Shown: positions 38,957-51,032 of the stretch, in pieces
Layout of the letters: each line of letters begins with the position of its first letter
Position numbering within the stretch: position 1 is the first letter of the stretch
Assembly: GCA_907165135.1 (NCBI GenBank)
Contig: OU015567.1
Location: forward strand, 2,480,001 to 2,544,000
DNA length: 64,000 nt
DNA from: Oikopleura dioica
Lineage: Eukaryota > Animalia > Chordata
Reading direction: 5' to 3'
The notes under the pieces: generated by a model
What the model saw: only the letters and a program-made list of their open reading frames with translations
The model's database searches: none
What the model was told of the DNA's origin: nothing
Program-made: the position numbers and the translations under genes

Positions 38957-39762
38957 CTTATAAGTATCCCACCCTTTTTCAAAACAACAAACAACCACTG
39001 TCTTCTGGCTAGCAAGAAACAAACGTCATTGTTGAGTTTTGTCCAATTCCTCGGAAATGCCCAAACGACTTTATTTTTGCAAAAATGTCAATATCCGATG
39101 CTCCAAATTCTGATCCTTTTTCCAGGATCAATGAGACACCTCAGAGTCTTTTTTTCTCGAAAAATGAGTCAGAAAAACTGTTCTACAAGAGAAAAAAAGA
39201 TGCTTGGAATTGCACAATTTCAAATTATCCTGATTATTTTCCCGCCGCTAATTTATAATTAGCCGCGGTAATAACTCGCAAAAACACCTCGTTCCCCCGT
39301 TCCATGTTTTCAATTTTGACCGCCAAAATATTCTCAAATTTTAAAATTAAAAATTTCAAATTTTCAGCGGCGAAATTATGAAAACAGCTCAGTCCAAGTT
39401 CTCAATAAATCCTGAGCAGCGAGGCGAAAGAACCCGCTGCCAAAATACCGCTGAGGGTTCACCCGTACCACCGAAGCTCGCATTGACAAAATACGTTACA
39501 AAACATGTTTCATCCCTTTTAGGAGGATAACAGTTGTTTGCTCAAAATGGTTTTTCAGGAAGCAGTTTTTTTCTCACTAATCTTTTTCAAGGTCAAAAGA
39601 AGTAGGTCGCTTTCGAGTCAAAAAAAAGCGAAAAGGGCGGCTATGCGCGGCTTTAATTTTTTTTTGACTCAAAGCCGCAAGCGGCTTTTCGGCCTTACGC
39701 AATAATAGTTTTTGTTTTTTTCTTTGTAGAATCAAATTTTTAACTGTTTATTTTCAGGTTGA

Positions 39763-42700
39763 ATGAACCCACTCCTCGTCAACGCAAACTATGCTCCGAC
39801 GACTCAACAGCAAATCCTCCTCCAACAGCAGCAACTTCTCCTCCAAGAAATCGCCATCAAGCGAGCCCAGGTAAGACCAAAAGCTACAGTAACAGGAAAC
39901 GCAAGTAAGAAAAGCTCCCTTACGCGCTGGCGAAAAATTTTTGAAACCTAAGGAGCACTTCTAATCCTTTCAAATCCGATCTGTTCAAGAGCCCAAAGTA
40001 TACCAGCTTTCTATCGTGTTCTCTCAAATCCTAGGTTACAGGACAGAATGAGTCAATCCTTTCGGACCTTTGTTTTTCTTGAAGCTTTTTTGACTGTTAA
40101 ATATAGAGAAGCCGCTTGCGGCTTCGAGTTGAAATAAAAGCTGCGCAAAGCGCGGCTCCTTTTGTTTTCTACTCGAAACCGCAAGCGGCTTCTCGATCTT
40201 ATACTTCCCTTCTACCTTTCTTTCCCAAACACCGTTTTCAGCTCCTCCAGCAGCACCAGCAGCAGTTAGCACAAGCTCAAGCTTACCAGCAAGCTCAAGT
40301 CGCCCAAGCCCAAACTTTCGCAACTCACAAGTCTGCCACTTTCCAGCCAACTTTCATCACTTCCCGAAAAGCGATTTCCAGCTCACCCGAGCTCCAATCC
40401 TCTGGAACATCAAGTCCGGTGACGCATCACTTCAAAACCTTCGATTCTATCGAAGATCATGAAATTCCGTCGCCTGAGCTTCAGCGAAAAATAACGCAGC
40501 AGGTAAATTTTGTTGAAAATAATCAAAATATTTCTTTCACGCTGTGAGATAACACGAGAAACACGTGATAAACGAATATCGCGATTTGATCGAGAAATTA
40601 TTTTCAAAATAAACTCTTTTCGATTTAACCTGTCAAAGAGCAAATTTTGACGATTAACGGAACATGAATTAATTTGGTCATTTTCTTGATAACAACGGTT
40701 GGTTAACCTTGTAACTCATTTTTCTTTTTGCAAGAGGGGCTTGTTCTTATTAACCCTAACTAGAAATTAGGCCATATTTCGAATTTAAGTGCCGACTTTC
40801 TCAAGTCCCTTTAGCCCGTTAAAGAGTCTCATTATGGCTTAACCTGTGATAGGAGTTATTAAGGCTCTCCGCCCTCCTTTTTTTGAAGGAAACTCGAAAC
40901 GGTCTGAACCCTTCAAAATCGCTCTGAAGAATGCATAATGAAACCTGGTGTTTACAAAATTGTACTAAACTAAATTCGTGTTACAGAAGTTCGAGTATGA
41001 GTAAGGGCATAGCACTTGAACGATTGAGAGGCTCGTGAGGGTTCTGAGGAAGTTTTAGGCTTCGAGCTTCAAGTGTGGCACTTTTTCTAAACACTGTATT
41101 TTGCTTGTTTTTGTAATTGATATTTATTCAGTGGATATTTTGGCAATAAATAATTGAAGATTGAAACTGATCGGCTATTCATTTTCTTCGAACAGTTTTC
41201 CGTGAATTACGTTTCGATGAATTAAGGGTGAATATAGTCACTATATTACAGTAAAAACCCAAAAATTGGCCGGTTTTCAGATGTAAATTCCCGAAAAAAG
41301 CGGCCAAATTTTGGGTTTTTTTTGCCGGGTAGCCAAGTTTCCATTTCAAAAAGCATAGTCTCGAAATTTTCGAAAATCGGCATGATTTTCACATTTTTGA
41401 TAAATTCTATTCAAATTTTTGCTTGTTTGAAGACATTTTTTTGAGAATTTTGTCATTTAAAATGATAAAAACACTCTAAGAAAGCTAAAAATGATCAGAA
41501 ATAGCATCATTTTGGCCCAATTCGGATTCAAAATTTTTTATTTTTGAAAAAGCGGCCAAATTTTGGGTTGATTTCAGGTTCTAAAAAAGGCGGATTTAGA
41601 CAAAAAACGGCCAAATTTTGGGTGGGCAAATTTTGGGTTTTCACTGTATAGTGATGAATAAGTACTATAAGTCCAATCCCTCAAAAAGCCGGTAATGATT
41701 TGATTTTCCGCGAAAACCAGTAAAACCGAACTTAAAAATGATAGAGTTTGCATAACTCGCTGCGGTGCGGAACATTCCACCTGCATTCTAGAGCAGCCGC
41801 TTTAACTCTTTTCATACCTCTACTCTTTGTTTCTAATTTTCGCTCAATCTATGCTCAACCTTCACCAAACCCATGTTTTCGCCCTTGTTAGAGAACAAAA
41901 AACGATGCAATTTTCTGGTAAAAAATTTTCGAAAAAACTTCGAAAATACTGGTTTTGGGAGGATAATTTGTTGAGCGAAAAATTGGTTGTTACAAAAAAA
42001 AAATCCTTGAAAGCATAAAATTACAGTTATGAAAGGATGAAATCAAAGCCGCTTCGCTAGAAAACTTCACAATAACTTGACTTCTTAGAATCAGCCCTTT
42101 TTTTGTCTGTTTCGAAAAAGCCCCTCCGGAAGTTTTCGCTTCGTCTCTGTCGTTTTTCTGTTTCCAGCTCGATTGTATTTTGGCTTCAAACAGGAAGACC
42201 GCGTTTTTTGAGTTTGTTCAAGTTCCGTATTTATTTTTGCTGTACTGTCGGAATCGATCTCATGTGAGCGATAAGGAGGAACGGGCCCGGAAACAGAACG
42301 AGTAGTCGTGACTGTCAGTTGATCGTTGGTTATTACGTTTCGAGAGACAGGCATTGACATCATGTCAGAGGAGGATCCGGTTTGGAGGAACCTGAGGAAT
42401 GCTCTGAGCAAATCGGACCTCTAATTTCAAGATTTGAGAGTCTCTTTTGATCGATTGATGATCGATGATGTTTAGAATTTCAAAAATGATTAATTGATCT
42501 GAACCAAAATAGTCTAAGACAGAGTTAAATCGGTAGATTTCCGCGAATTTCGCAGAATTCGGCAGTCTGGTCTGACGAAATAATTGCAAGACAATATTCG
42601 GCGATTATGATCCCAGCTTGGAACGTAAAAACTTTTCATTGATCGAGAAAATAAGCTCAAGGCCAACTTTTGTGGCAGAAATTTTTTTTCGAAAAAAGCT

Positions 42701-45700
42701 TATTATCGGTGAAACAGCGCGGCTTTTGCGGGAGATTTATGGAATTAAATAACGTAACTTTCTTCTTTTTTTTCTGCGTGGACAAATTTCAAAGCTACTA
42801 TGAATGCAATCATGAATGATAAACTTGAAGCATTCTTCGAGCCGAATAGAAATTGTATTAAAAATTATCCGAAACGAAATGTTATCAAATTTGAAGAAGT
42901 CGCGGTTAACCGACGTCCGTCCTTATCTCATCCAATCGAAAGCTTGTGGTTTACGCCCAATCTTTTCCAAATAAACTTCAACCCTCTTTTAGCGACAAAA
43001 TTTCCATTAGAATTTTGATCTTGATAAAATCAACTAATTACTATCTCTATTCAGTTGAATCCCAGTTTTTTCTTATCGAAAATAATTACTATCGATTCAA
43101 GTTCTTCCTTCTACCACAATTTACTCGAGGAGATACCCTTATCTACTGTTCAAAGACGTGGTCTTTCTTTCAATCAAAAATCAAGACATTCGCTGATTCT
43201 TCAAAAATTCAGCGATGGATTTTCAAAATTCTCTTGGAACTCGAAAATCCGGCTCGCTTTAGAAATCGCCTGTCTTATCATTTTATCCTTTCTGATCCGG
43301 ATTTATATATTTCGCGCGCTTTTGCAAAAAGCTCTCTCTGAGCCGCCTTGAATCCGGATTCACAAAAGTTGCATGTTCAATTATTATTCATTTATTCCAA
43401 AACCAGCAGCGCGAGTTTAGAAAAATTCAGCGCGCAAAGTTTACTGGTCTGATAAGCTACTGCTGATAAGCAGAAGCAAGCTACAAAGTATTTTTTAAAT
43501 AGTCAACAGTTTTTTAGAGCACTAACTGTTTTACAGACAGAAATTTTTGAATCGAGAAGCCGCTTGCGGCTTCGAGCGCACAAAAAAAAGCCGCGCAAAG
43601 GCGCGGCTAAATTGAACAAATACTCGAAGCCGCAAGCAGCTTCTCGTTTTTTCGGATTCATTAATTAGAGAAGGGTATATCCTTAAGAAAGAGAATCAAG
43701 GTCTTTATTTAACCGTCTTAAAAGCTTAAACCTGCAAAAAGGTTCTTTCTTTAACCCAGACTCTTAATTTTTCTGACATTTTTGTCTGAACATTTAGAAC
43801 GTCCAACTTTCCATAAGGGTATCCCATTGTGCAAAAGGGCAAAAAAGCCTCCCCCGCACTGGCCAAGAGTTAAATCAAAAACGTTCCGCCCAAATACCAG
43901 TTACAAGTCCTTTCTGTCTGAGTCTGACTCAGCGGAAAATCTTCAATCTTCGATCGAGAATTAATCTTTCAAATTTAGGTCGAGTATTATTTCTCAAATG
44001 AGTATTTGACTCGCGATGCGTACTTCCTCCGCCAGATCCGCCGCAAACGGGAGGGATATCTGTCGATGAAATTGATTACCAACTTCAAGAAGGTCCGAAA
44101 GCTCAGCAAAGATCCACGAATCACGAGCTTTTGTCTTCGAAAATCGAAACTTCTTCAGGTAAAAAAAATAATTTTGAATTCTACTGACGCTTCTCGAAAT
44201 AAGAAATTTTCCATCAAGCGCTCTGATTGGCCAGTTTTGTTATCAATAAAATATAACAGATTTTAACCTTCCTTTCTAGGTAAACGAAGAGGGCTCAAAG
44301 GTTCGCCGAATCCAGCCAATCCCCGAAGATTTGCGACTTCACACGGTAAGTCGACAGATCCTTAAATTTTACAAGTTGTTACCGGACGGCGTCAGATTTT
44401 AAGCCCAGCGTGAACTTCCTTATCTAAAGAACACGGCTTTTAGTAAATACTAACTCTCACTCTCTTCGGAGGAACAGGAATGTCAATGTTCCAAACACGG
44501 AATTGATGAGGTGACATTCCTTCCGGTGGGCTCCTCCTTAATTAAGGGGCTCTTGGGGGAGATACCTTGAAAGTTGAAATCAAATTAAACATAACAGAAA
44601 TTCTTGAGCCGTTTTGGGCCGGCCTTCTTTCTTAAAGAATTAACACTCTGATACCCTTATTATTTTGCAAGTTTTTGTTCAAATTTCAGACTCGTGAAAA
44701 ATTCGAGCCGAAGTTTCCCGCGATAGTTCCTCCCACTTATCCGATAAAATTCCAGTTTCCATTTTCCATATCTGAAATTCTTCATTTCTAGCTCACACGT
44801 TCCATCCTCGTCTCGAAAATCCCGAGTAATCTGGCAACGATCGATTCTTTGATGAATGTCTTTTTCAAATTCGGCGAAATCTCGAGCGTCCGAATTCTCC
44901 GCCCTGGAAAGGTAAAATTCAAAAATTCTGGATTAAAAAATTCTTCGATCAAAAAGATTCGAGTTCACATTTTTAAATTCAGGAAATTCCTCACGATCTG
45001 CGCGAGTTCTTCGGAAAGTCGATCGAGCACGTTTCTGGAATCTCAGCTGTCGTCGAATTCGAGACACCTGAAGGCGCCGCGATGGCCTACAATCAAGTCA
45101 GCTTGGGCAGCGCGGAGAATTTCAGAGATTCTGAAATCTTCAAGACGATTAATGTTGTGCTTCTTGGCGTGGATGGCTTCTCGTCTGAAGATGATTCTGG
45201 TTGTGGAGAGAGTTCTGGGGCATCGGGGGATGAATGCGTCAGGTGAGAAAATAATAGTGTTGAAAGAAGGCCCTTTCTTTACCCTGTTTTAGTTCTTATG
45301 TCAAATCTGGCCCTTCCAACGTCCAAATCCCCGACATCTTCGACTGCGACCTGGACGACGACTACGAAGCGTACATGAATCAAATCCGCCAAGAACGACA
45401 ATCCGAAGCCAAGACCGCCGTCCCATCCGTCATCGCTTCGCTGATGGACGAATACGGCGCCTGCTCGTTGGAGACGCAATCGCGAAGCCGGACAAACTCG
45501 GTTTCTGCATCGAGCAAGGCAATTGGAAGTGGTAATCGACGAGCAAACTCGTCCACCCTTTGGTCGAGCGGAACGACTTGGAATTCGACGGAAGAGAAGC
45601 AGCTGAAATCGGTGTTGAACAACTCGGCTCTCAGTGCTTTTGGACAAATGAAGCTCGAATCTGATGATGGTTTTAATTTGAAAAAATATTCAAAAAAAAA

Positions 45701-45749
45701 TCTAAAATTCCAAAAAAATGATTTCACTTTCCATGATTTTGGAAAGTGA
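39763..45749 (+). CDS. LARP6: La-related protein 6 (La motif + RRM) with a Gln-rich N-terminus; exact 3' end uncertain
   Basis: Spliced QVEYYFSNEYLTRDAYFLRQIRRKREGYLSMKLITNFKKVRKL, VNEEGSKVRR, FGEISSVRILRPGKEIP and AVVEFE match the LARP6 LaM-RRM layout. Exons near 39763, 40241, 43979, 44280, 44792, 44982 and 45292. Confidence 0.88.
40106..40197. repeat. Nested-palindrome element (LARP6 intron)
   Basis: Same three-hairpin core as 35828-35929. A degenerate copy also lies at 39608-39695. Confidence 0.85.
41249..41646. mobile_element. Tc1/mariner-like MITE
   Basis: ta|cagtaaaaacccaaaa ... ttttgggttttcactg|ta, with internal repeats of ggccaaattttgggt. Confidence 0.7.
43553..43646. repeat. Nested-palindrome element (LARP6 intron)
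   Basis: Same three-hairpin core. Confidence 0.85.
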
Positions 45750-46470
45750 AAGATGACGAAAAAAGCCCCCCTTTCTTCGCCCAGACCGCTAACTAATGAG
45801 TTTAGTCTTCGCCGAGAGCAACCTGATCGCGCCGGCGCTCGATTTTGACCGCAACTTGCGACCGGCCAATCTTCCCAATTTCAACCAGAATGGCGCCAAA
45901 TGCTGGGCTGATGCTGTTAGAAAGTGAACGACTCTGCTGATCCAAAATTTGACTGATCCAACTTTGTGTAAGATTTCGACCAATCAGAGCGTAGATCAGC
46001 AGCATTCGTTATCTGGCGACCGAAATGTAGAAATTTTTTTTATTTAAACCTTTTTTTCTTCAGATAGCGAAATTTCTAAAAATCCGCTTTTCTGCTTTGG
46101 CGTCGCTTCAAAAATCCACAACCAAAAATGCAAAAAAATGTAAAAACTCTTCTCCGTGGCTTCTCCTGTACGAAAAAAACGAACGCTCATGTTAAATGTA
46201 AAAACGAAAAAAGCGAAGCTCGCGAATTGTAAAATTAAATCACAAAAACGAAATTCACGCAATTATTTTTCACATAAGGTCTCTCGCTGAATTAACACTT
46301 GTTTTATAAATATCACGTTACACGCGCCGCAATTTTGAACATAATGAATATAAAATCATGCCGAACTTTGAAATTGATTTACAGTTTTTTTCTTTTACGA
46401 CTGAATTTCGCCGTAAAAAGCTTGTTTTTCGAAATAAAAAGCTCTGAAGGTCTTTAAAATTTATTTTTTA

Positions 46471-46600
46471 TTAAGGGTGTCAATGAGTTATTTGTCAATT
46501 TCGTCATTTTGATCGTTTTCGACAAAAAATTAAGGGTCTTTCTTTGTTAAATTTTCAGAAAAGCCTTTTTTCAAAATCGATATCGATTAGATACCCTTAA
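46471..46600. repeat. Mini TTAA-GGG...CCC-TTAA element
   Basis: ttaagggtgtcaat ... gatacccttaa. Confidence 0.45.
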
Positions 46601-47143
46601 TTTAAAACCAAATTCAGCTTTTTTTTTCTAAAAAACTGTAAAATCAAAATTTCATTGTTTAAAATCTAAGAAAATCATTTTTTTGTATAAATCGATGCAT
46701 ATCACCAATATCAGGATATATAAAATCATAACTTTCTGTTATCTATCTTTCTGTAAATTCTTTTATAAAACATAAATGTTTTGTCGCCCCTTTCTTTTCG
46801 CACCGACTCACGCCAGATGATCTCGAAGACGGACGAAACTCGACTCAGAAACATCTGACGAAGAATATGAATATAAAAAAAATCACACAAACAAAGGTTC
46901 TCACTAAAAATCACTCTTGAATAGGTGCTTTTTCTGCTGTTTCTGCTCGACAAATTTGTTAGCAAGTAGAAAAATATAATGATTGAGTTCTTTATCATAA
47001 TAATAACCTCGATTCTCTGATTCGCATCAACAGTTTTTTGAGCAGGTTTTCTGCTAGGTCGCAAGTGTCCTGTGAAAATAACTCAGTAATAAGTCAACTT
47101 CTTTTTAGACCATGACTTAGTTTTTTACACAGGCTATCGCGTC

Positions 47144-47362
47144 CTGGGCTCGGAAACCTTTGTAGAAAACCTTGATCAGGGTCTGAAAGACCTTAAATGG
47201 AAAGCCGCGTAGCGGCTTTTTTTAAAACGAAGCCGCAAAGCGGCTTCGCTAGAGTTCAATGATAGCTTCAAATGTTTTTTAGGCGAAGCCGCCTTGCGGC
47301 TTCGTTTTTAAAAAGCCGCTACGCGGCTTTCCATTTAAGGTCTTTCAGATCCTGACTCAGGT
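47144..47362. mobile_element. Palindromic MITE related to 37050-37268, with four AAGCCGC hairpins
   Basis: Starts ctgggctcggaaacc..gtagaaaacct; the internal region is self-complementary. Confidence 0.75.
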
Positions 47363-48217
47363 TATCTTATCAGGTTTGCCGTTTAACGATGTTAAACGAG
47401 ATAATTACAGTCAACTAATAGCACCCGGTTTTAAGGCTTATCAATAATTTCTTCCAGCGAAAAATGAATGTACATTCTTCGCCCTGCTAAGTCCTCAAGA
47501 TCCGTCGATAGTGCTTATCCACCACGGTTTATATTGGCAATAAGCGCTGAAGATCTTTCTTTCAAGGCGGGTTTTATTGCCAAAACCGAGGTAGAATTAT
47601 TTTTGGGGAAAATTATTTTCATCCGCAATTAAGCTTTTTTGCGCAGTTTTCAAATGAACACGTATGATACCAAAACAAACGCCCGGGCACGGTTAAAATT
47701 AATGCTTTGCAGACGTGGATTTTTTCAGGCTCTAAATTGGGAGTAAACGAACTGATCAGATTTCCAAAATAAAATAAGAAGGGTGGAGGGAAGGGTTTGT
47801 TTTCAAAAGCACGGGAGGGACGGAATTTTTTATTGCTTTGAAATCTCACGTGGGAGCGATCCAAAAATGATTTTCTAGCGTTTTAAGGGCGCTGAAAGTG
47901 TTGACTCAATCTTCAGGCTTTGAGGTATTTTCTAGAGATGAGTCTTCTTCTGCAAATTGAGAATAAAGTGACGGGCTGTTGAATTCTCCTGGATCCAAAT
48001 GAATTCCAATTTTGCTCCTCACTGACCCAGTTCACCGCAAAAATCAGCAAATATGAAAAAAGACTTCTATAAAATATTATTGAAAGGGTTTTCTAACGAA
48101 CAACCGCGAACAAAAATGATTAGATAAAGAGCTTTGAGACTCTACTATCAAGCTTCAAGCAATTATTATTAATTGTCAGTGTTGACCTCTCATAATGATT
48201 TGATTCGTAATTTATTT

Positions 48218-48258
48218 GGGATACGCGTTTCGGCGACTATTGTGCCTTCATCAGTCCC
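48218..48258 (-). ncRNA. Minimal hammerhead ribozyme in the inverted pLTR
   Basis: Reverse complement of 49621-49661 with one difference in loop II. Confidence 0.75.
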
Positions 48259-48411
48259 TAGTACAGATATAAATTTCACAGCTCAGAAAAAAGAAAGAAT
48301 ACTCTCACCTAGAGTTGGACAATTTCGAATGAGATAGAAAGTTGAAAACAAAAGATGAAAACTCGCTTTCGCGGCAGATGTAATGGAGCGCCAGAGAAAA
48401 CGAGTTTCAAA

Positions 48412-49460
48412 CGAGCTTTGAAACGAGCTTTTTTGACCAATTAATTGGGGAAGGCCGAGCACTTTATGTGGCTAGGTACGTCGATGATTGTGTCTTTTGT
48501 GTCAAAAAATCTGAAACAGACTTTATTTTGTGTGAGGCAAATAAGCTTCATCCAAATATAAAATTTACTCAAGAACTGATGGTGGATGGGAAATTGTCTT
48601 TTTTAGATACCGAATTCCGAAAGCACGGCGGCGGAATTGAAATGTTTCATTTTGAGAAAAGTTCGAGTAAAGATTTTTTGCCGAATTTTCGAACAAATGT
48701 TGCCCCGAAATCCCAGAAAATAAGTCTTTTGGTCGGTCATCTTCACAGAGTCAGAAATGCCTCATCTTGTGAAGAAGCAGTCCAAATCGGATTTCGAAAC
48801 GCAAGGAGGAAATTCATTCTAAATGGATATCCACCAAGTCTCATTGAAGAAAAGATAAAACTCCTTGAAAAGCCAAAACCTGAAATTAAATCTGAGGATG
48901 AAATTTGTCATAACTTTCGAGCGGTTTTCACTGGTGCGAGGTGCGACAGTATTGGCCGCAGAATGCGTGCTATTCTCAAGAAAGTAACTCCAAAATTCTT
49001 TCTTAGACTCTGCTGGAAAACAGTGAGAATAGAACAATGTCTGCATCCAACCTGGAAGCGTCCAGTCCCGATTGAGCAAAAGAGTGGGGTTGTTTACCAC
49101 TATAAATGCCCTTGTGGCAAAAATGATTATCAGGGGGAAACAAAGAGGCAGCTCGGAACAAGAATCCAGGAGCATTTCGAACCCAGATACCGTAGCCCTA
49201 TGTTCTTCCACACTTTGAGGTGTCCAAAATTCAGGGAACTCTTTGACAAATATTTAAGTGAGCCAGACACTCCTAAATACAAACCTACGACTTCTAGAGC
49301 TAAAATTAAAACAAATTTCTGCTTCAAACACAAACTCGTTTCTGTTATCTCCAATCAACCGTACTACAAAGACCGTACTCTATGTGAAGCGTTTTCAATC
49401 AAATTAAAAGATCCAAGCTTAAATAAGCAGATCAAGTTCGCTGAAGTTAAATTTCTGTAA
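48412..49460 (+). CDS. Penelope-type reverse transcriptase C-terminal half + GIY-YIG endonuclease (5' truncated)
   Basis: FETSFFDQL..ARYVDD, HPNIKFT.E, LSFLD and GVVYHYKCPCGKNDYQGETKRQLGTRIQEH motifs; the frame is open to TAA 49460. Confidence 0.92.
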
Positions 49461-49620
49461 TGGAGCATTTGAAACTCGCTTTCTCTGGCGCTCCATTACA
49501 TCTGCCGCGAAAGCGAGTTTTCATCTTTTGTTTTCAACTTTCTATCTCATTCGAAATTGTCCAACTCTAGGTGAGAGTATTCTTTCTTTTTTCTGAGCTG
49601 TGAAATTTATATCTGTACTA

Positions 49621-49661
49621 GGGACTGATGAAGGCACCATAGTCGCCGAAACGCGTATCCC
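49621..49661 (+). ncRNA. Minimal type-I hammerhead ribozyme in the pLTR
   Basis: ggga CTGATGA a ggc..gcc GAAA cgcg TA tccc: core boxes, stem I ggga/tccc, stem II ggc/gcc and palindromic acgcgt stem III. Confidence 0.8.
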
Positions 49662-49837
49662 AAATAAATTACGAATCAAATCATAATTATTATTAAATGC
49701 AGCCTGCATAGATTGCTTCAGGTGAACAGTGATAAGCGGCTATTTAGCTATAAGAACGAGGCTTTTTCAGATTAATTTTCTTCGAGCCAAAATTTTCGCG
49801 ACCGGACATTCAGAGCCTTTGCCGGTTGGTTCTCCAA

Positions 49838-49908
49838 GCAACGTTGGTTCAGTGGTAGAATTCTCGCCTGCCACGCGGGAGGCCCGGGTTCGATTCCCGG
49901 ACGTTGCA
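49838..49908 (+). tRNA. tRNA-Gly (GCC)
   Basis: 71 nt with GCAACGT/ACGTTGC acceptor stem, TGCCA anticodon loop, GGTTCGATTCC T-arm and a downstream T-tract. Confidence 0.97.
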
Positions 49909-50083
49909 AGTTTTGAGCTTTTTTCGAACCTTTTTGAACCAACTTATTTTGCGACTTTTATCGCGCATCAAATCGTTCTTACTGATATCAAGTCTATTGC
50001 ATCCCTTTATAGAACCAGGAAACTTTCCTGAGGAAAGATGATTAAATTAATTGGTTCAAAATGGTTCGAAAAATTTCAAAACT

Positions 50084-50154
50084 TGCAACGTCCGGGAATC
50101 GAACCCGGGCCTCCCGCGTGGCAGGCGAGAATTCTACCACTGAACCAACGTTGC
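50084..50154 (-). tRNA. tRNA-Gly (GCC)
   Basis: Exact reverse complement of 49838-49908. Confidence 0.97.
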
Positions 50155-51032
50155 TTGTAGATTAAACCTGAATGAAACCATTAATAATTATGAACCAATG
50201 GAACCATGGCTGCTTGAAAGCTGAATCTTACTGTTCAAATTGACACCAGCCAAAAAGAAACGTTGCATTAAAAACAGCTGGCGTTTATCAGCCAAAGTCT
50301 CTAAGGCTGAGGATTTAATTTTTGATTCAGCGAAATGTGCGAAAATGGAACAAAATCGCTTCAAATCTGCGTTTAGCTGAAGTGGCCGTCGATGGCTTCG
50401 GCTGAACGTGGCCGAGATTAGCCAAGTGGCATTTTCATTGGAAAACCGACGATGTCTATTTTTGTTGTTTTTGCATTTCTCGTGAATATGGCAATTTTAT
50501 CTACAAGCGCGTATACTCAAAAAGCCAAGTAAGGAGCATCTCAGATGCTGCATCTGAATTCTGGCAATTTATGGCCTCAAATTTAAACAGCTTGATCGCA
50601 ATAAAAATTTCATTTCGAATTTGTTCCTTCTTCTTTCCGCGGAACAAATAAGCTTATCTCTTTTCCTCTCAGAGCGAAACTCAGTGAATCGAAATTTTTC
50701 GCACTTTAAAATTTCAAATTTCAAAAATCATGGAAGAGAGAAAACAAGAAGAAAAAGACGGTAAAAATACATTTTCTAATCAGAAAAAATGATACGGTAA
50801 ACACCCGCTGCTTTGCATATTTCGTAACTGTTATCTTTTGGTTGATAAAATGTTGTTATCGGTTTTCTCCGTCAGAAATTCCCCGCTTAGCTGTACCAAA
50901 AGCCGATAGCGATCGAGAATACTTGCTATACTTTCTTTTTAAACAGCAGTTCTGCTTTTTATCTTGCGGCTTTTCCCATCAGTCTTTTGTCACTAGAACG
51001 TGGTTTTTTCTATTTGAGACAAAGCTCTAGAA

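Larger units (their letters stand above)
48195..49684 (+). mobile_element. 5'-truncated Penelope-like retroelement with inverted pseudo-LTRs
   Basis: 217-bp inverted repeats (48195-48411 and 49468-49684) flank an RT-thumb + GIY-YIG ORF. Confidence 0.93.

Noticed and set aside
42091-42411. 106-aa antisense ORF inside a LARP6 intron
   Set aside because: Low-complexity S/T/K content and no motif; cannot be distinguished from chance without expression data.
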